Position numbers and translations under genes: made by a program. From an uncultured bacterium (GTDB taxonomy: Bacteria; Fidelibacterota; Marinisomatia; Marinisomatales; UBA1611): 64,000 nt of DNA. How positions within the stretch are numbered: the first letter of the stretch is position 1; each line of letters opens with the position of its first letter. The notes beneath the pieces are model-generated. The model saw only the letters and a program-made list of their open reading frames with translations, ran no database searches and was not told where the DNA came from. Positions 39,466-48,557 of this stretch are shown here, piece by piece. Location of the stretch: positions 128,001 to 192,000 of the forward strand of contig CALSPG010000001.1 of NCBI GenBank assembly GCA_943788175.1, read 5' to 3'.

Positions 39466-39900
39466 ATGGCTGGAACAAATAATGATAATATTGAGGACAA
39501 ACCGAAAGTGGACCCTCAAAAACAATATTTAATCGAGCAATTTGGCAACCTGATGGAAAAAGTTGGTGAAGGATATGGTGGTCCATTGCAAGAAGAACTA
39601 ATCAGGCGAATGGAGCAAACAATAGCTGATTTTGATGAAGAAGTAAGCGAGATGCTTGAGCACTTGCGTGATAATTCTGTTAAGCGCCATGAAAAGTTAA
39701 AAGAAATTTGGGAGAATCCTGAGCAAGGGTCTGGTCAAGTCGATAATGACGTTCCCGATGGACCTGGGGCGTCTGAAGATGCTAGTGATTGGGAAAAAAG
39801 GCTTGAAGGTATTGCTGATAGAAAAGAAGAAAATTCAAAGGAAGCTCCTAAAGAAGAAGCCCCAAAGAAAAAAGGTTTGTTTGGGCGCGGCAAAAAGTAG
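39466..39900 (+). CDS. Hypothetical acidic coiled-coil protein with a basic C-terminal tail
   Basis: SD GGAG upstream; 144 aa; ends PKKKGLFGRGKK. Confidence 0.75.
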   Translation: MAGTNNDNIEDKPKVDPQKQYLIEQFGNLMEKVGEGYGGPLQEELIRRMEQTIADFDEEVSEMLEHLRDNSVKRHEKLKEIWENPEQGSGQVDNDVPDGPGASEDASDWEKRLEGIADRKEENSKEAPKEEAPKKKGLFGRGKK

Positions 39901-40289
39901 TGCCAAATTTGAGGGTGCTCATTCGCCTTCAATTTATATTATTATCAGTAACTTTCTGGTCTTTTTTGATCGGTCAAGAACAACCAGAGAAATCTCGCTC
40001 ATTTTCACCACTTACTAAAAAAGTATTTAGTTACTCTAAGTTAGACTTTGTTACATCTGAAGGTGAGTTTAATGAAGCTATATGTACCTTAGAAATTCCT
40101 AATCTTTCTTCTGATAGTCCTCCTTTCATTGCCATTTATTATAGAAGAGAAAACTCTCTTTGGTTCACAGAATCTTTATACAGAAAGCGATTGAGATTTA
40201 GTTTTAAAGACGGTGTTATAAAGTTAGACAGGTCTAATTTTTGGGATTGGTTTGAAATCGAGGAAATTAAGATAGTGGTAATTTATTAA
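39900..40289 (+). CDS. Hypothetical exported protein
   Basis: GTG overlaps the upstream stop; hydrophobic N-terminus. Confidence 0.6.
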   Translation: MPNLRVLIRLQFILLSVTFWSFLIGQEQPEKSRSFSPLTKKVFSYSKLDFVTSEGEFNEAICTLEIPNLSSDSPPFIAIYYRRENSLWFTESLYRKRLRFSFKDGVIKLDRSNFWDWFEIEEIKIVVIY

Positions 40290-40431
40290 AGTTTCAAACG
40301 CTGTCATTTACAAACAAATATGATTGTCATAATTAATATGAGATATATAACATTTTGTGTTTAATTTTGTCATTATAAATAGTTTATGTCTATTTATAGT
40401 TAACATAAAAAGTGATTTGAAAATTAATTTT

Positions 40432-40705
40432 AGGCCGTGCTAGATGGGGAGTTAGCGGTGCCCTGTTACTTGCAATCCGCTATAGCAAGATCGATACTTA
40501 TGCTAGGATTTTATCGATTGATTGTCTAGTACTATGCAGTGTTGATAGTTTAGTCCTGTTGCAACATTAAATTAGTGAACTCCGTCAGGCCTGGAAAGGA
40601 GCAGCGGTAAGCTTTCTTTTTTGTGTGCTTGCAGTTAATTAGATTTGAACTGATAAGGTAATAGATTTTCATTTATGAGATTTCCAAATATAACCGCATG
40701 GCCTA
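40432..40705 (+). ncRNA. ffs: Signal recognition particle RNA, large (Alu-containing) bacterial type
   Basis: Alu 5' domain GCCGTGCTAGATGGGGAGTTAGCGGTGCCCTG..GCAATCCGCTATAGC; helix 8 CCGTCAGGCCTGGAAAGGAGCAGCGG (40582-40607); 5' AGGCCGTGC pairs with 3' GCATGGCCT; lies upstream of dnaX. Confidence 0.92.
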
Positions 40706-40711
40706 ATTAAA

Positions 40712-42538
40712 ATGTCTTACAAAGTATTATCACTAAAATGGCGCCCACAAACGTTTGACGATATTGTTGGCCAAGATCATGTCACAAAAACATTGATTAA
40801 CGCGTTTAAATTAGATCGAGTTGCTCAGGGATATATGTTTACTGGTCCTAGAGGTGTAGGCAAAACTACAACCGCAAGAATTTTATCTAGGGCCCTCAAT
40901 GCTGAGGGTGGGGCAAAATATGATTTTGATCCGAGTTCAAATTTATCTTTAGAGATTGCAGAAGGTCGCGCACTTGATGTTTTAGAAATTGATGGCGCTT
41001 CCAATCGAGGAATTGAAGAAATTAGAAACCTAAGGGAACAAATTAAGTTTGCACCGATGGTTGGAAATTATAAAGTAATAATTATTGATGAAGTGCATAT
41101 GTTAACTAACCCTGCTTTTAATGCTTTATTAAGGACACTAGAAGAGCCTCCATCTCACGGTAAATTTATTTTCTGTACTACTGATATCCATAAAGTTCCA
41201 GCTACGATAATTTCTAGATGCCAAAGATTCGATTTTAATCGAATTTCAACTGATACTATAATATCAAGAATTAATTTTATTCTTGATAAAGAGTCAGTTT
41301 CTTATGATCTAGATAGTCTTCAAATAATTGCAAGAAAAGCAGATGGAAGTATGAGGGATGCCCTGAGTATTTTAGATCAAGTTATTAGCTTTTGCGGTTC
41401 AGAAATTAATCATGATAAAACAGTCATTGCACTTGGTGTTATACCAACTGATTTATATTTTGATTATACCAATGCACTTTTAAGTAAAAATGGAGGAGAA
41501 CTGCTTTCATCTTTAAGTAAATTTTTAAGCTTTGGTGTCCCGGCCGAAGAAGTCGTTAATGGTATATCTAATCATATAAAAAGCTTACTTTATGCTCAAA
41601 TAGATAAAGGAAAAGACTTGCTTGATATGAACCAAGAAAATAAGAAAAAATATATTTTGCATTCATCAAATTGGGATAACCGAGATTTATTAAGATGTAC
41701 CCAAGTATTAATGGATGTATCTAGTCATATTAGGCGTTCAGACGATCCATACTTATTGCTTGAATTTACATCACTCAAATTATTAGAAATGGATAAGTCT
41801 GTTTCGCTTGAGAGCTTACTTGTTTTGCCATCGAATGAGGTTGATGATGATAGTCTCTCTAACAACATAAATGAACAGGAAATTGCAAAAGTTCAAGAAT
41901 TAGTCATTAAAAATAATGATACTAATCTTCCAGGGAATGTCAAAGTTGATGAAAAATCTAATGATAAGAATAAAAGAGAAGATATAAGCGAAGTGGAAAT
42001 TGAAGTTTCTTCAGATAAAAAAGAGCAGGTTGAAAAAATCGATATTATAGATCAAAAAGTTTTATCAGATTCAATAGCTGAAGAAAATAGTGAAACTAAA
42101 ATAGAAAACATTGAACCTAAAGAAAACTATTTCGATAATGAAAGTAATCCCGTTACAAAAACATCAAAAAAAATCGATTTAAAAGCTATCAATGAAAAAT
42201 GGAAAATATTCATTGATAGTGTGCATATTAAAAAGCCTTCGATAGCTTCAATTTTAGATAAAAGTAAACCAGTAGAAGTATCTGGTTCAGATGTTGTTTT
42301 CGAAATTAATAGTACTCTAGACTTCCATGTTAGCATGATAGAAAAAAACCGAGATATTATTAATGAAATACTATCTGAAGAGTATGGTATTGGCACTGGT
42401 TTTAAAGTTTTAAAAGGTAGTAAAAAAAATATTAAGAGTCCAGTAGATCAAGTTCTTACGAATGCAACAGACTCAGAACAGGATGAGAAAGTAAGAGATA
42501 AAGTTGTTGACCTCTTCGACGGAGAAATTTTAACCTAG
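40712..42538 (+). CDS. dnaX: DNA polymerase III subunit gamma/tau
   Basis: KWRPQTF, GPRGVGKTT, EIDGASNRG, IIDEVHML, LEEPP, SRC, GSMRDALS. Confidence 0.97.
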   Translation: MSYKVLSLKWRPQTFDDIVGQDHVTKTLINAFKLDRVAQGYMFTGPRGVGKTTTARILSRALNAEGGAKYDFDPSSNLSLEIAEGRALDVLEIDGASNRGIEEIRNLREQIKFAPMVGNYKVIIIDEVHMLTNPAFNALLRTLEEPPSHGKFIFCTTDIHKVPATIISRCQRFDFNRISTDTIISRINFILDKESVSYDLDSLQIIARKADGSMRDALSILDQVISFCGSEINHDKTVIALGVIPTDLYFDYTNALLSKNGGELLSSLSKFLSFGVPAEEVVNGISNHIKSLLYAQIDKGKDLLDMNQENKKKYILHSSNWDNRDLLRCTQVLMDVSSHIRRSDDPYLLLEFTSLKLLEMDKSVSLESLLVLPSNEVDDDSLSNNINEQEIAKVQELVIKNNDTNLPGNVKVDEKSNDKNKREDISEVEIEVSSDKKEQVEKIDIIDQKVLSDSIAEENSETKIENIEPKENYFDNESNPVTKTSKKIDLKAINEKWKIFIDSVHIKKPSIASILDKSKPVEVSGSDVVFEINSTLDFHVSMIEKNRDIINEILSEEYGIGTGFKVLKGSKKNIKSPVDQVLTNATDSEQDEKVRDKVVDLFDGEILT

Positions 42539-42548
42539 GAGAATAATT

Positions 42549-42872
42549 ATGTTTAAAGGAAATATGTCAAAAATGTTAAAACAGGCTCAGGATATGCAAA
42601 AGAAAATGGAAGGAGTTCAGTCAGAACTCTCAGATATTATCGTAGATTCTGAATCTGGGGGTGGAATGGCCAAAGTGAAAATCAATGGGCAGTTAGAAGT
42701 TTTAGAATTGCATATCGATAAGGAATGCTTAAAAGAAGATAAAGAAGTAGTTGAAGATTTGATTATTTCGGCTGTCAATAAAGGTATATCTAAAGCTCAA
42801 GCAGCAGCGAAAGAAAAAATGAGCTCAGTTACTGGAGGCATGCTTTCAGGTCTCAATTTACCAGGCCTCTAA
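42549..42872 (+). CDS. ybaB: YbaB/EbfC nucleoid-associated protein
   Basis: KQAQDMQ..SGGG..EDLIISAVN; located between dnaX and recR. Confidence 0.95.
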   Translation: MFKGNMSKMLKQAQDMQKKMEGVQSELSDIIVDSESGGGMAKVKINGQLEVLELHIDKECLKEDKEVVEDLIISAVNKGISKAQAAAKEKMSSVTGGMLSGLNLPGL

Positions 42873-43466
42873 ATGCCATTATATCCTAAACCTGCTAGCC
42901 TGCTAATAGACCAATTATCAAAGTTACCAGGTGTTGGCAAAGCAACAGCGCAAAGATTAGCTTTTTTCATACTTAAATCTGATAGTCATGATAATATTAT
43001 TTTAGCTAATGCTATAAAAGAAATAAAAGAAAAAATAAGATTTTGCAAAGATTGTGGTATCATGGCTGAATCAGAGGTTTGTACTATATGTTTAGACCAT
43101 AGTAGAGATAGTTCTCTGATTTGTGTTGTTGAAGAGCCTCAAGACATTTACTCCTTTGAAAAAACTAATTCATTTAAAGGTAGATATCATGTTTTAGGTG
43201 GTGTTTTGTCTCCATTAGATGGTATAGGGCCAGATGAATTGAATCTTGAAAGCCTTTATAATAGAATTAAAGGTGGTATGGAAGTGATTTTGGCGACAAA
43301 TCCAAGCGTAGAGGGTGATACTACCTGTTTATACTTATCACAAAAGTTGGAGAAGTTAGGTGCTACTGTAACACGCTTAGCAAGAGGTATTCCTGTCGGT
43401 AGTGACTTAGAATATATGGATGAACTTACTCTTGTTAGAGCGATGGAAGGCAGGACATCGATATGA
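42873..43466 (+). CDS. recR: Recombination mediator RecR
   Basis: LPGVG..AQRLAF, C4 zinc finger, YHVLGG.LSPLDG, ATNPSVEGDTT. Confidence 0.97.
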   Translation: MPLYPKPASLLIDQLSKLPGVGKATAQRLAFFILKSDSHDNIILANAIKEIKEKIRFCKDCGIMAESEVCTICLDHSRDSSLICVVEEPQDIYSFEKTNSFKGRYHVLGGVLSPLDGIGPDELNLESLYNRIKGGMEVILATNPSVEGDTTCLYLSQKLEKLGATVTRLARGIPVGSDLEYMDELTLVRAMEGRTSI

Positions 43467-44050
43467 ACTTGCCAAACTTATTATCGCTTATAAGAATTAT
43501 ATTAACACCTCTTTTTATTATTTTTTTGTTCTCCAATGTTCCGAATGCAAAATTTTTTGCCCTATTAGTATTTGCAATTGCAGCTATAACGGATGCTTAT
43601 GATGGTTACCTTGCCAGAAAATATAATCAAATTACTCCAGAGGGTAAATTTTTAGATCCCTTAGCTGATAAGATACTAGTTTTGTCCGCATTTATTTCTT
43701 TTGCTTTTATTGGAATAATTGATTTCTGGATGGTTGGAGTTATTATTTTTAGAGATTCATTCATTACAGGCTTGCGCTGGATTATTTCAAATAGAGGTTT
43801 TGAATTTGTTACTACAAATATATCTAAATACAAAACAGCCTTACAATTAACTCTAATTATTTTGACTTTAATTTTTTTAACTTTTGAAGGGTTGAGTATT
43901 GTCGAGTTAACACCTACGTTAAATTTAATTAGGCATTACAACATTATATATATTCTTACTTTGCTTACAGCTATATTTACTGCATATACAGGAGTTGTGT
44001 ACTTATACACGAATAGAATTATAATTAAGGAATTTATGAAAAATAGTTAA
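43463..44050 (+). CDS. pgsA: CDP-diacylglycerol--glycerol-3-phosphate 3-phosphatidyltransferase
   Basis: MNLPNLLS..R, TDAYDGYLARK..GKFLDPLADK; upstream of pgpA-cinA. Confidence 0.9.
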   Translation: MNLPNLLSLIRIILTPLFIIFLFSNVPNAKFFALLVFAIAAITDAYDGYLARKYNQITPEGKFLDPLADKILVLSAFISFAFIGIIDFWMVGVIIFRDSFITGLRWIISNRGFEFVTTNISKYKTALQLTLIILTLIFLTFEGLSIVELTPTLNLIRHYNIIYILTLLTAIFTAYTGVVYLYTNRIIIKEFMKNS

Positions 44051-44502
44051 TGAATAAAGTTTCAGAAATAATATCAACAGTTTTTTATATAGGTAGGTTG
44101 CCCTTTGCTCCTGGGACTTGGTGTAGTTTTGCAGCTTTTTTAGCATGGTTTTTTCTTCGCTTTTATATTGAAGGAGTATTTATTCTTTATGCTAGTCTAG
44201 TATTGTTTTTTATAGGTGTTGCTGTATCTACCATTCATGCTGAATCTCTTAAAGATGAGGACCCTTCAGAAATTGTTATAGATGAATGGGTTGGTCAATG
44301 GATAGCGCTGTGGATGGTACCACATTCTTTTATTTGGGGTTTTGTATCATTCTCTTTTTTTCGAATATTTGATATTTTTAAGCCAGGACCCGTACAATCA
44401 ATGGATGATATAAAATCAGGGACAGGTATTATGATGGATGATGTTATTGCAGGGATTCTTGCACTCCTGGTAACGCAAAGCCTATTTTATTTTATCGGAT
44501 GA
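44050..44502 (+). CDS. pgpA: Phosphatidylglycerophosphatase A
   Basis: PFAPGT, DPSEIVIDE..G, FRIFDIFKP, GIMMDD..AG. Confidence 0.95.
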   Translation: MNKVSEIISTVFYIGRLPFAPGTWCSFAAFLAWFFLRFYIEGVFILYASLVLFFIGVAVSTIHAESLKDEDPSEIVIDEWVGQWIALWMVPHSFIWGFVSFSFFRIFDIFKPGPVQSMDDIKSGTGIMMDDVIAGILALLVTQSLFYFIG

Positions 44503-45710
44503 GGGTCGCAGTATTAACGATTGGAAATGAGCTTTTATCCGGAAAGACAGTAAACACCAATGCAAGCTGGATAAGCAATATCCTTAGTTCAGAGGGTGCA
44601 TGTATTAATCGCCATTTAACTATTCCTGATGAAAAAGAGGCTATAATAGATGGCTTAGATTTGCTATTTAAATCAAAAATAGATTTAATTGTTTGCACTG
44701 GGGGTCTTGGACCGACTGATGATGACATTACAAGAGAAGTAGTATTTGACTATTTTGGAAGTGAAGAAGTTTTTGATGATAGCTATTGGAATTATTTATC
44801 AGATAAATTTTTAAATGCTGGATATGAGTTGTTCGAAAGTAGCAAGTCGCAAGCTATTATTCCTAATAATGGGGATATTATTCCAAATGATCTAGGTTCT
44901 GCAAGGGGACTACTTTATAAAAAAAATAATACAACGCTAATGGTTCTGCCAGGTGTGCCAATGGAAATGAAAGGTATGGTATCTCATTCAATAATTCCTT
45001 GGGTTAAAAACAAAATAGTTTCAAAAATATATTCTGTTAATTTGCGAACAACAGGAGTTCCAGAATCCGTTTTATTTGAAAAGGTAAAGAAATTTGATTT
45101 TAATTCCGAATATCTAAATGTTGGATATTATCCTTCTCTGTATGGTGTAGATTTACGTATTTCACATACGGATAAAAAATTACTTGATCAATTTAGAAAT
45201 TTAGTTTATCAATCTATTAATAAGTATATTTATACGGTCGGTAATGAAAGCATAGAATATGTTTTAGTAAGTGAATTATTAAATCAAAGACTTACAATAT
45301 CCACAGCAGAATCATGCACAGGTGGTTTAATCGGTAATAGACTAACAAACGTTCCCGGTAGTTCAGAAATTTATTATGGTGGATTAATTACATATAGTAA
45401 TCAATCAAAAAAAAATGATTTAGATGTTTCGGCTAAAAGTATTCAGGATTTTGGTGCTGTAAGTAAGGAAGTAGCATTACAAATGGCAAAAAATATAAGA
45501 GCTAAATTTAAAACCAATATTGGGGTTTCTGTAACTGGGATCGCTGGTCCTGGAGGTGGAACAGATTTAAAGCCTGTTGGATTAGTCTATGTAGGATATT
45601 GCGATGAAAACATATTAAAAGTGAAAAAATTTAATTTCACTTCTAATAGAGAATCAAATAAAATTCGTACCAGCCAAGCAGTGTTTAATTTTATTTTGAG
45701 TATGATTTAA
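44499..45710 (+). CDS. cinA: CinA (MoCF-like domain plus NMN deamidase PncC domain)
   Basis: IGNELLSG..NTN, TGGLGPTDDDITR, LPGVP.EM, TAESCTGG, TGIAGPGGG. Confidence 0.96.
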   Translation: MRVAVLTIGNELLSGKTVNTNASWISNILSSEGACINRHLTIPDEKEAIIDGLDLLFKSKIDLIVCTGGLGPTDDDITREVVFDYFGSEEVFDDSYWNYLSDKFLNAGYELFESSKSQAIIPNNGDIIPNDLGSARGLLYKKNNTTLMVLPGVPMEMKGMVSHSIIPWVKNKIVSKIYSVNLRTTGVPESVLFEKVKKFDFNSEYLNVGYYPSLYGVDLRISHTDKKLLDQFRNLVYQSINKYIYTVGNESIEYVLVSELLNQRLTISTAESCTGGLIGNRLTNVPGSSEIYYGGLITYSNQSKKNDLDVSAKSIQDFGAVSKEVALQMAKNIRAKFKTNIGVSVTGIAGPGGGTDLKPVGLVYVGYCDENILKVKKFNFTSNRESNKIRTSQAVFNFILSMI

Positions 45711-45713
45711 TAT

Positions 45714-46290
45714 ATGGAAAAAAAAACTTCTTCGAACTTTTATATCGATACCATTGCCTCATGTAGTCAAGAGTGTTAAGCAAATGCTTACATCTACTTT
45801 TGAAACTGATAGAGTAAAAATACGTTGGGTAAAACATAATAATTTACATCTTACTTTGCACTTTTTAGGTTTTACTCCAGAGGACGATATCCCAATGATT
45901 GAAAAAGAAATATCAGATGTCATTAGCGATCGTAAGCCTTTTGATTTAACAATTTCGCGGACAGGGTGTTTCCCTGATAGTTTAAAACCATCAGTTTTGT
46001 ATCTAGGAGTAGACAATGATTTGAAAGCTCTTAACGATTTAGTCAATAAACTTTCGTTAAAAATGACTACTCTTGGTTATAAACGTAGAGATGAAAATTT
46101 CACTCCTCATGTTACTATAGGTAAAATTAATTACCCTCAGAAATTTAAGCCAGATCTATCAATCTTTTTAAATTCTAGTTATGAAAATATTCAATTTTCG
46201 GTAGATAAAATTCAGTTGTTGAGTAGTGAGGTTTTATCTGAGGGTGTTGTTTATAATATTTTAAATACGTTCTCACTTTCAAAAAATTAA
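45714..46290 (+). CDS. thpR: RNA 2',3'-cyclic phosphodiesterase (2H family); the N-terminus is out of frame by +1 in an A9 run
   Basis: HLTL and PHVT 2H motifs; conserved RTFISI lies upstream of TTG 45754 and joins ATG 45714 only if one A is removed from 45718-45726. Confidence 0.9.
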
Positions 46291-46308
46291 TTAAAAAGGA
46301 ATTATCAA

Positions 46309-47322
46309 ATGTCAACAGATTCAAAAAAAGAAAAAGCTCTAGATTTAGCTATTAATCAAATCGATCGCCAATTTGGAAAAGGCGCCATAATGAAAATGGG
46401 TGGTAATCACATTAGTATTAGTGATAATGTAATATCAACTGGCTGTCTATCATTAGATGCTGCTCTAGGTGTTGGAGGAGTTCCAAAAGGAAGGATTATC
46501 GAAATATTTGGTCCAGAGTCATCAGGAAAAACTACGCTTACATTACATGTGGTTGCGGAAGCTCAAAAAGCAGGCGGTTATGCAGCTTTTATTGATGCTG
46601 AGCATGCAATGGACCCTGAATACGCAAAGAACCTAGGCGTTAATCTCGATGAACTACTTGTGTCTCAACCAGATTCTGGCGAACAATCTCTTGAGATTAC
46701 AGAAACGCTTGTAAGGAGTGGTGCACTTGATGTTATTGTAATTGATTCTGTAGCTGCATTGGTCCCGAGAGCTGAGCTTGAAGGAGAAATGGGCGACTCA
46801 CATATGGGTTTACAAGCTAGATTAATGTCTCAAGCATTAAGAAAACTCACTGGATCGGTGAATAAATCAAACACTACTGTGATTTTTGTAAATCAAATTA
46901 GAGAAAAAATTGGAGTTATGTTTGGCAATCCTGAAACCACACCTGGAGGGAGAGCGCTTAAATTCTACTCATCTGTTAGGATGGATATAAGGAGAATTAC
47001 CAGTCTAAAAGATGGTACTAATATGGTGGGTAATCGTACAAGAGTAAAAGTTGTAAAAAATAAAGTTGCGCCACCGTTTAAAATGACAGAATTTGATATT
47101 ATGTATGGTAAAGGTATATCAAAAGAAGGTGATATTATTGATCTTGCAATTCAAGGTGAGATAGTTGAAAAAATGGGTGCGTGGTTTTCGTATGGTGATA
47201 TGAAAATTGGACAGGGTAAAGAAAATTCTAAAAAGTATCTTTTAGATAATCCTGATATATATAAAGAAATAATTGAAAAGGTTAAATCTTTTATGGGTAT
47301 CAATGCTGACGAAAAAAAATAA
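46309..47322 (+). CDS. recA: Recombinase A
   Basis: [48 protein letters not shown]. Confidence 0.99.
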   Translation: MSTDSKKEKALDLAINQIDRQFGKGAIMKMGGNHISISDNVISTGCLSLDAALGVGGVPKGRIIEIFGPESSGKTTLTLHVVAEAQKAGGYAAFIDAEHAMDPEYAKNLGVNLDELLVSQPDSGEQSLEITETLVRSGALDVIVIDSVAALVPRAELEGEMGDSHMGLQARLMSQALRKLTGSVNKSNTTVIFVNQIREKIGVMFGNPETTPGGRALKFYSSVRMDIRRITSLKDGTNMVGNRTRVKVVKNKVAPPFKMTEFDIMYGKGISKEGDIIDLAIQGEIVEKMGAWFSYGDMKIGQGKENSKKYLLDNPDIYKEIIEKVKSFMGINADEKK

Positions 47323-47944
47323 AATACTATCAGTATATCCAAAAAAGAAAAAAAAAGAAATATTTGTTGTAGAATTTGCTGATGGCTCAGTTTGTGAGCT
47401 TTCAAAAGATATCGTTCTTTCAGAATCAATTCATGTCGGTGGTACAATAAGTAGCCTTGATTTTGAAAAAGTTTTAGAAAAGCACGCATATCATCAAGCC
47501 CAGAGCGCTGGACTGAATTTACTTAGTTATCGTATGCGCAGTAAAAAAGAGCTCTACGAGAAGCTTACCAATAAAAATATTGATAAAGCAATAATTGCTA
47601 AAGTCGTCGCAAAGTTTGAAACTGAAGGCTGGATAGATGACTTTCAATTTGGTATTGCATTTTCAAAAGACCACATAAGAAGAAATTCTATTGGCCCTAT
47701 TGCTTTGAAGTACAAACTTAAAGAATATATAGATTCTGATGACTTAATAAAAAGTGTTATGGAAAAAGTGTATAAAGAGTTTTGTCTGGATGGTATAATC
47801 TTAAGTGTATTAAAAAAGTTTAATCCTGAAGAAATCAGTTCTAACAATAATTTAAAACAGAGAGTAATTAATAAGTTAAAACGTAAGGGCCACTATTGGC
47901 AGGATATTAATGAATCAATTAATCAATATCTTGATAGAGCTTAA
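47303..47944 (+). CDS. recX: Regulatory protein RecX
   Basis: [26 protein letters not shown]; directly downstream of recA; ATG 47303. Confidence 0.85.
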   Translation: MLTKKNKILSVYPKKKKKEIFVVEFADGSVCELSKDIVLSESIHVGGTISSLDFEKVLEKHAYHQAQSAGLNLLSYRMRSKKELYEKLTNKNIDKAIIAKVVAKFETEGWIDDFQFGIAFSKDHIRRNSIGPIALKYKLKEYIDSDDLIKSVMEKVYKEFCLDGIILSVLKKFNPEEISSNNNLKQRVINKLKRKGHYWQDINESINQYLDRA

Positions 47945-48131
47945 TGATTGGTTTTTGTAAAATAAGCAGCACTTAAAGTATTAGATTATGTAGGATGTAG
48001 TTCTCTGGCGTGTTACTTCAAGGTTGTTGTAAAGTTACTATTTAAAATAATACGCTATTTAAAACTTAATTTTAAGTAAAGAATATATATCTTGATATTG
48101 TTAAGTTTAAAAATAAATAAAAATCGCAGAT

Positions 48132-48222
48132 AAAAAAATTGGGGCAAACTTCACAATGACCTCGGAACACAGTGAACGTTTACCCCTTCCACATACCAAA
48201 GGTACCAAACCAGCACCTCTAT
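48132..48222 (-). ncRNA. Candidate small RNA (unassigned family)
   Basis: TTGACT-N17-TATTTT promoter, two hairpins with G-U pairs favouring the minus strand, U7 tail; GC-richer than its flanks. Confidence 0.55.
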
Positions 48223-48304
48223 ATCTAAAAAATATATTATAATAGTTTATTAGTCAAGGGAATTTTTAATTAATCTTTAGGCAAGTAAAGATTTTTTTGT
48301 AGTG

Positions 48305-48388
48305 TACCGAGGGAGGGACTCGAACCCCCACGGGCTTGCACCCACCAGATTTTGAGTCAGGCGCGTCTACCAATTCCGCCACCCCGGC
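48305..48388 (-). tRNA. tRNA-Leu (CAA)
   Basis: GCCGGGG..GGAATTGGTAGAC..CT-CAA-AA..long variable arm..GTTCGAGTC..CCTCGGT-A; CCA not encoded. Confidence 0.96.
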
Positions 48389-48557
48389 ATTATACACCCA
48401 AAATAGAGCCAAAATTATTCTATTAGTTAGCTATGTGTCAAGGTATTGGTTTGATTGTTATAAAAATATTTAAGGTTTATTTTTTTACTATATATAATAT
48501 CATTGTTATTAACTTATTTGTGTTAATTCTTTGTAACTAAAATGAAGGAGTAAGTAA

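Noticed and set aside
42166-42173. A8 run in the dnaX linker as a gamma/tau slippage or frameshift site
   Set aside because: It is not the A-AAA-AAG motif, no stimulatory hairpin is seen, and A8-A9 runs are common in this window.
48038-48064. Direct repeat CTATTTAAAA x2 downstream of recX
   Set aside because: Short and AT-only apart from one C, so expected by chance at this composition; not CRISPR-like.
48153-48218. Short Trp-containing ORF (VLVWYLWYVEG..) inside the candidate sRNA as an attenuator leader peptide
   Set aside because: There is no downstream gene on that strand to regulate and no properly spaced RBS.
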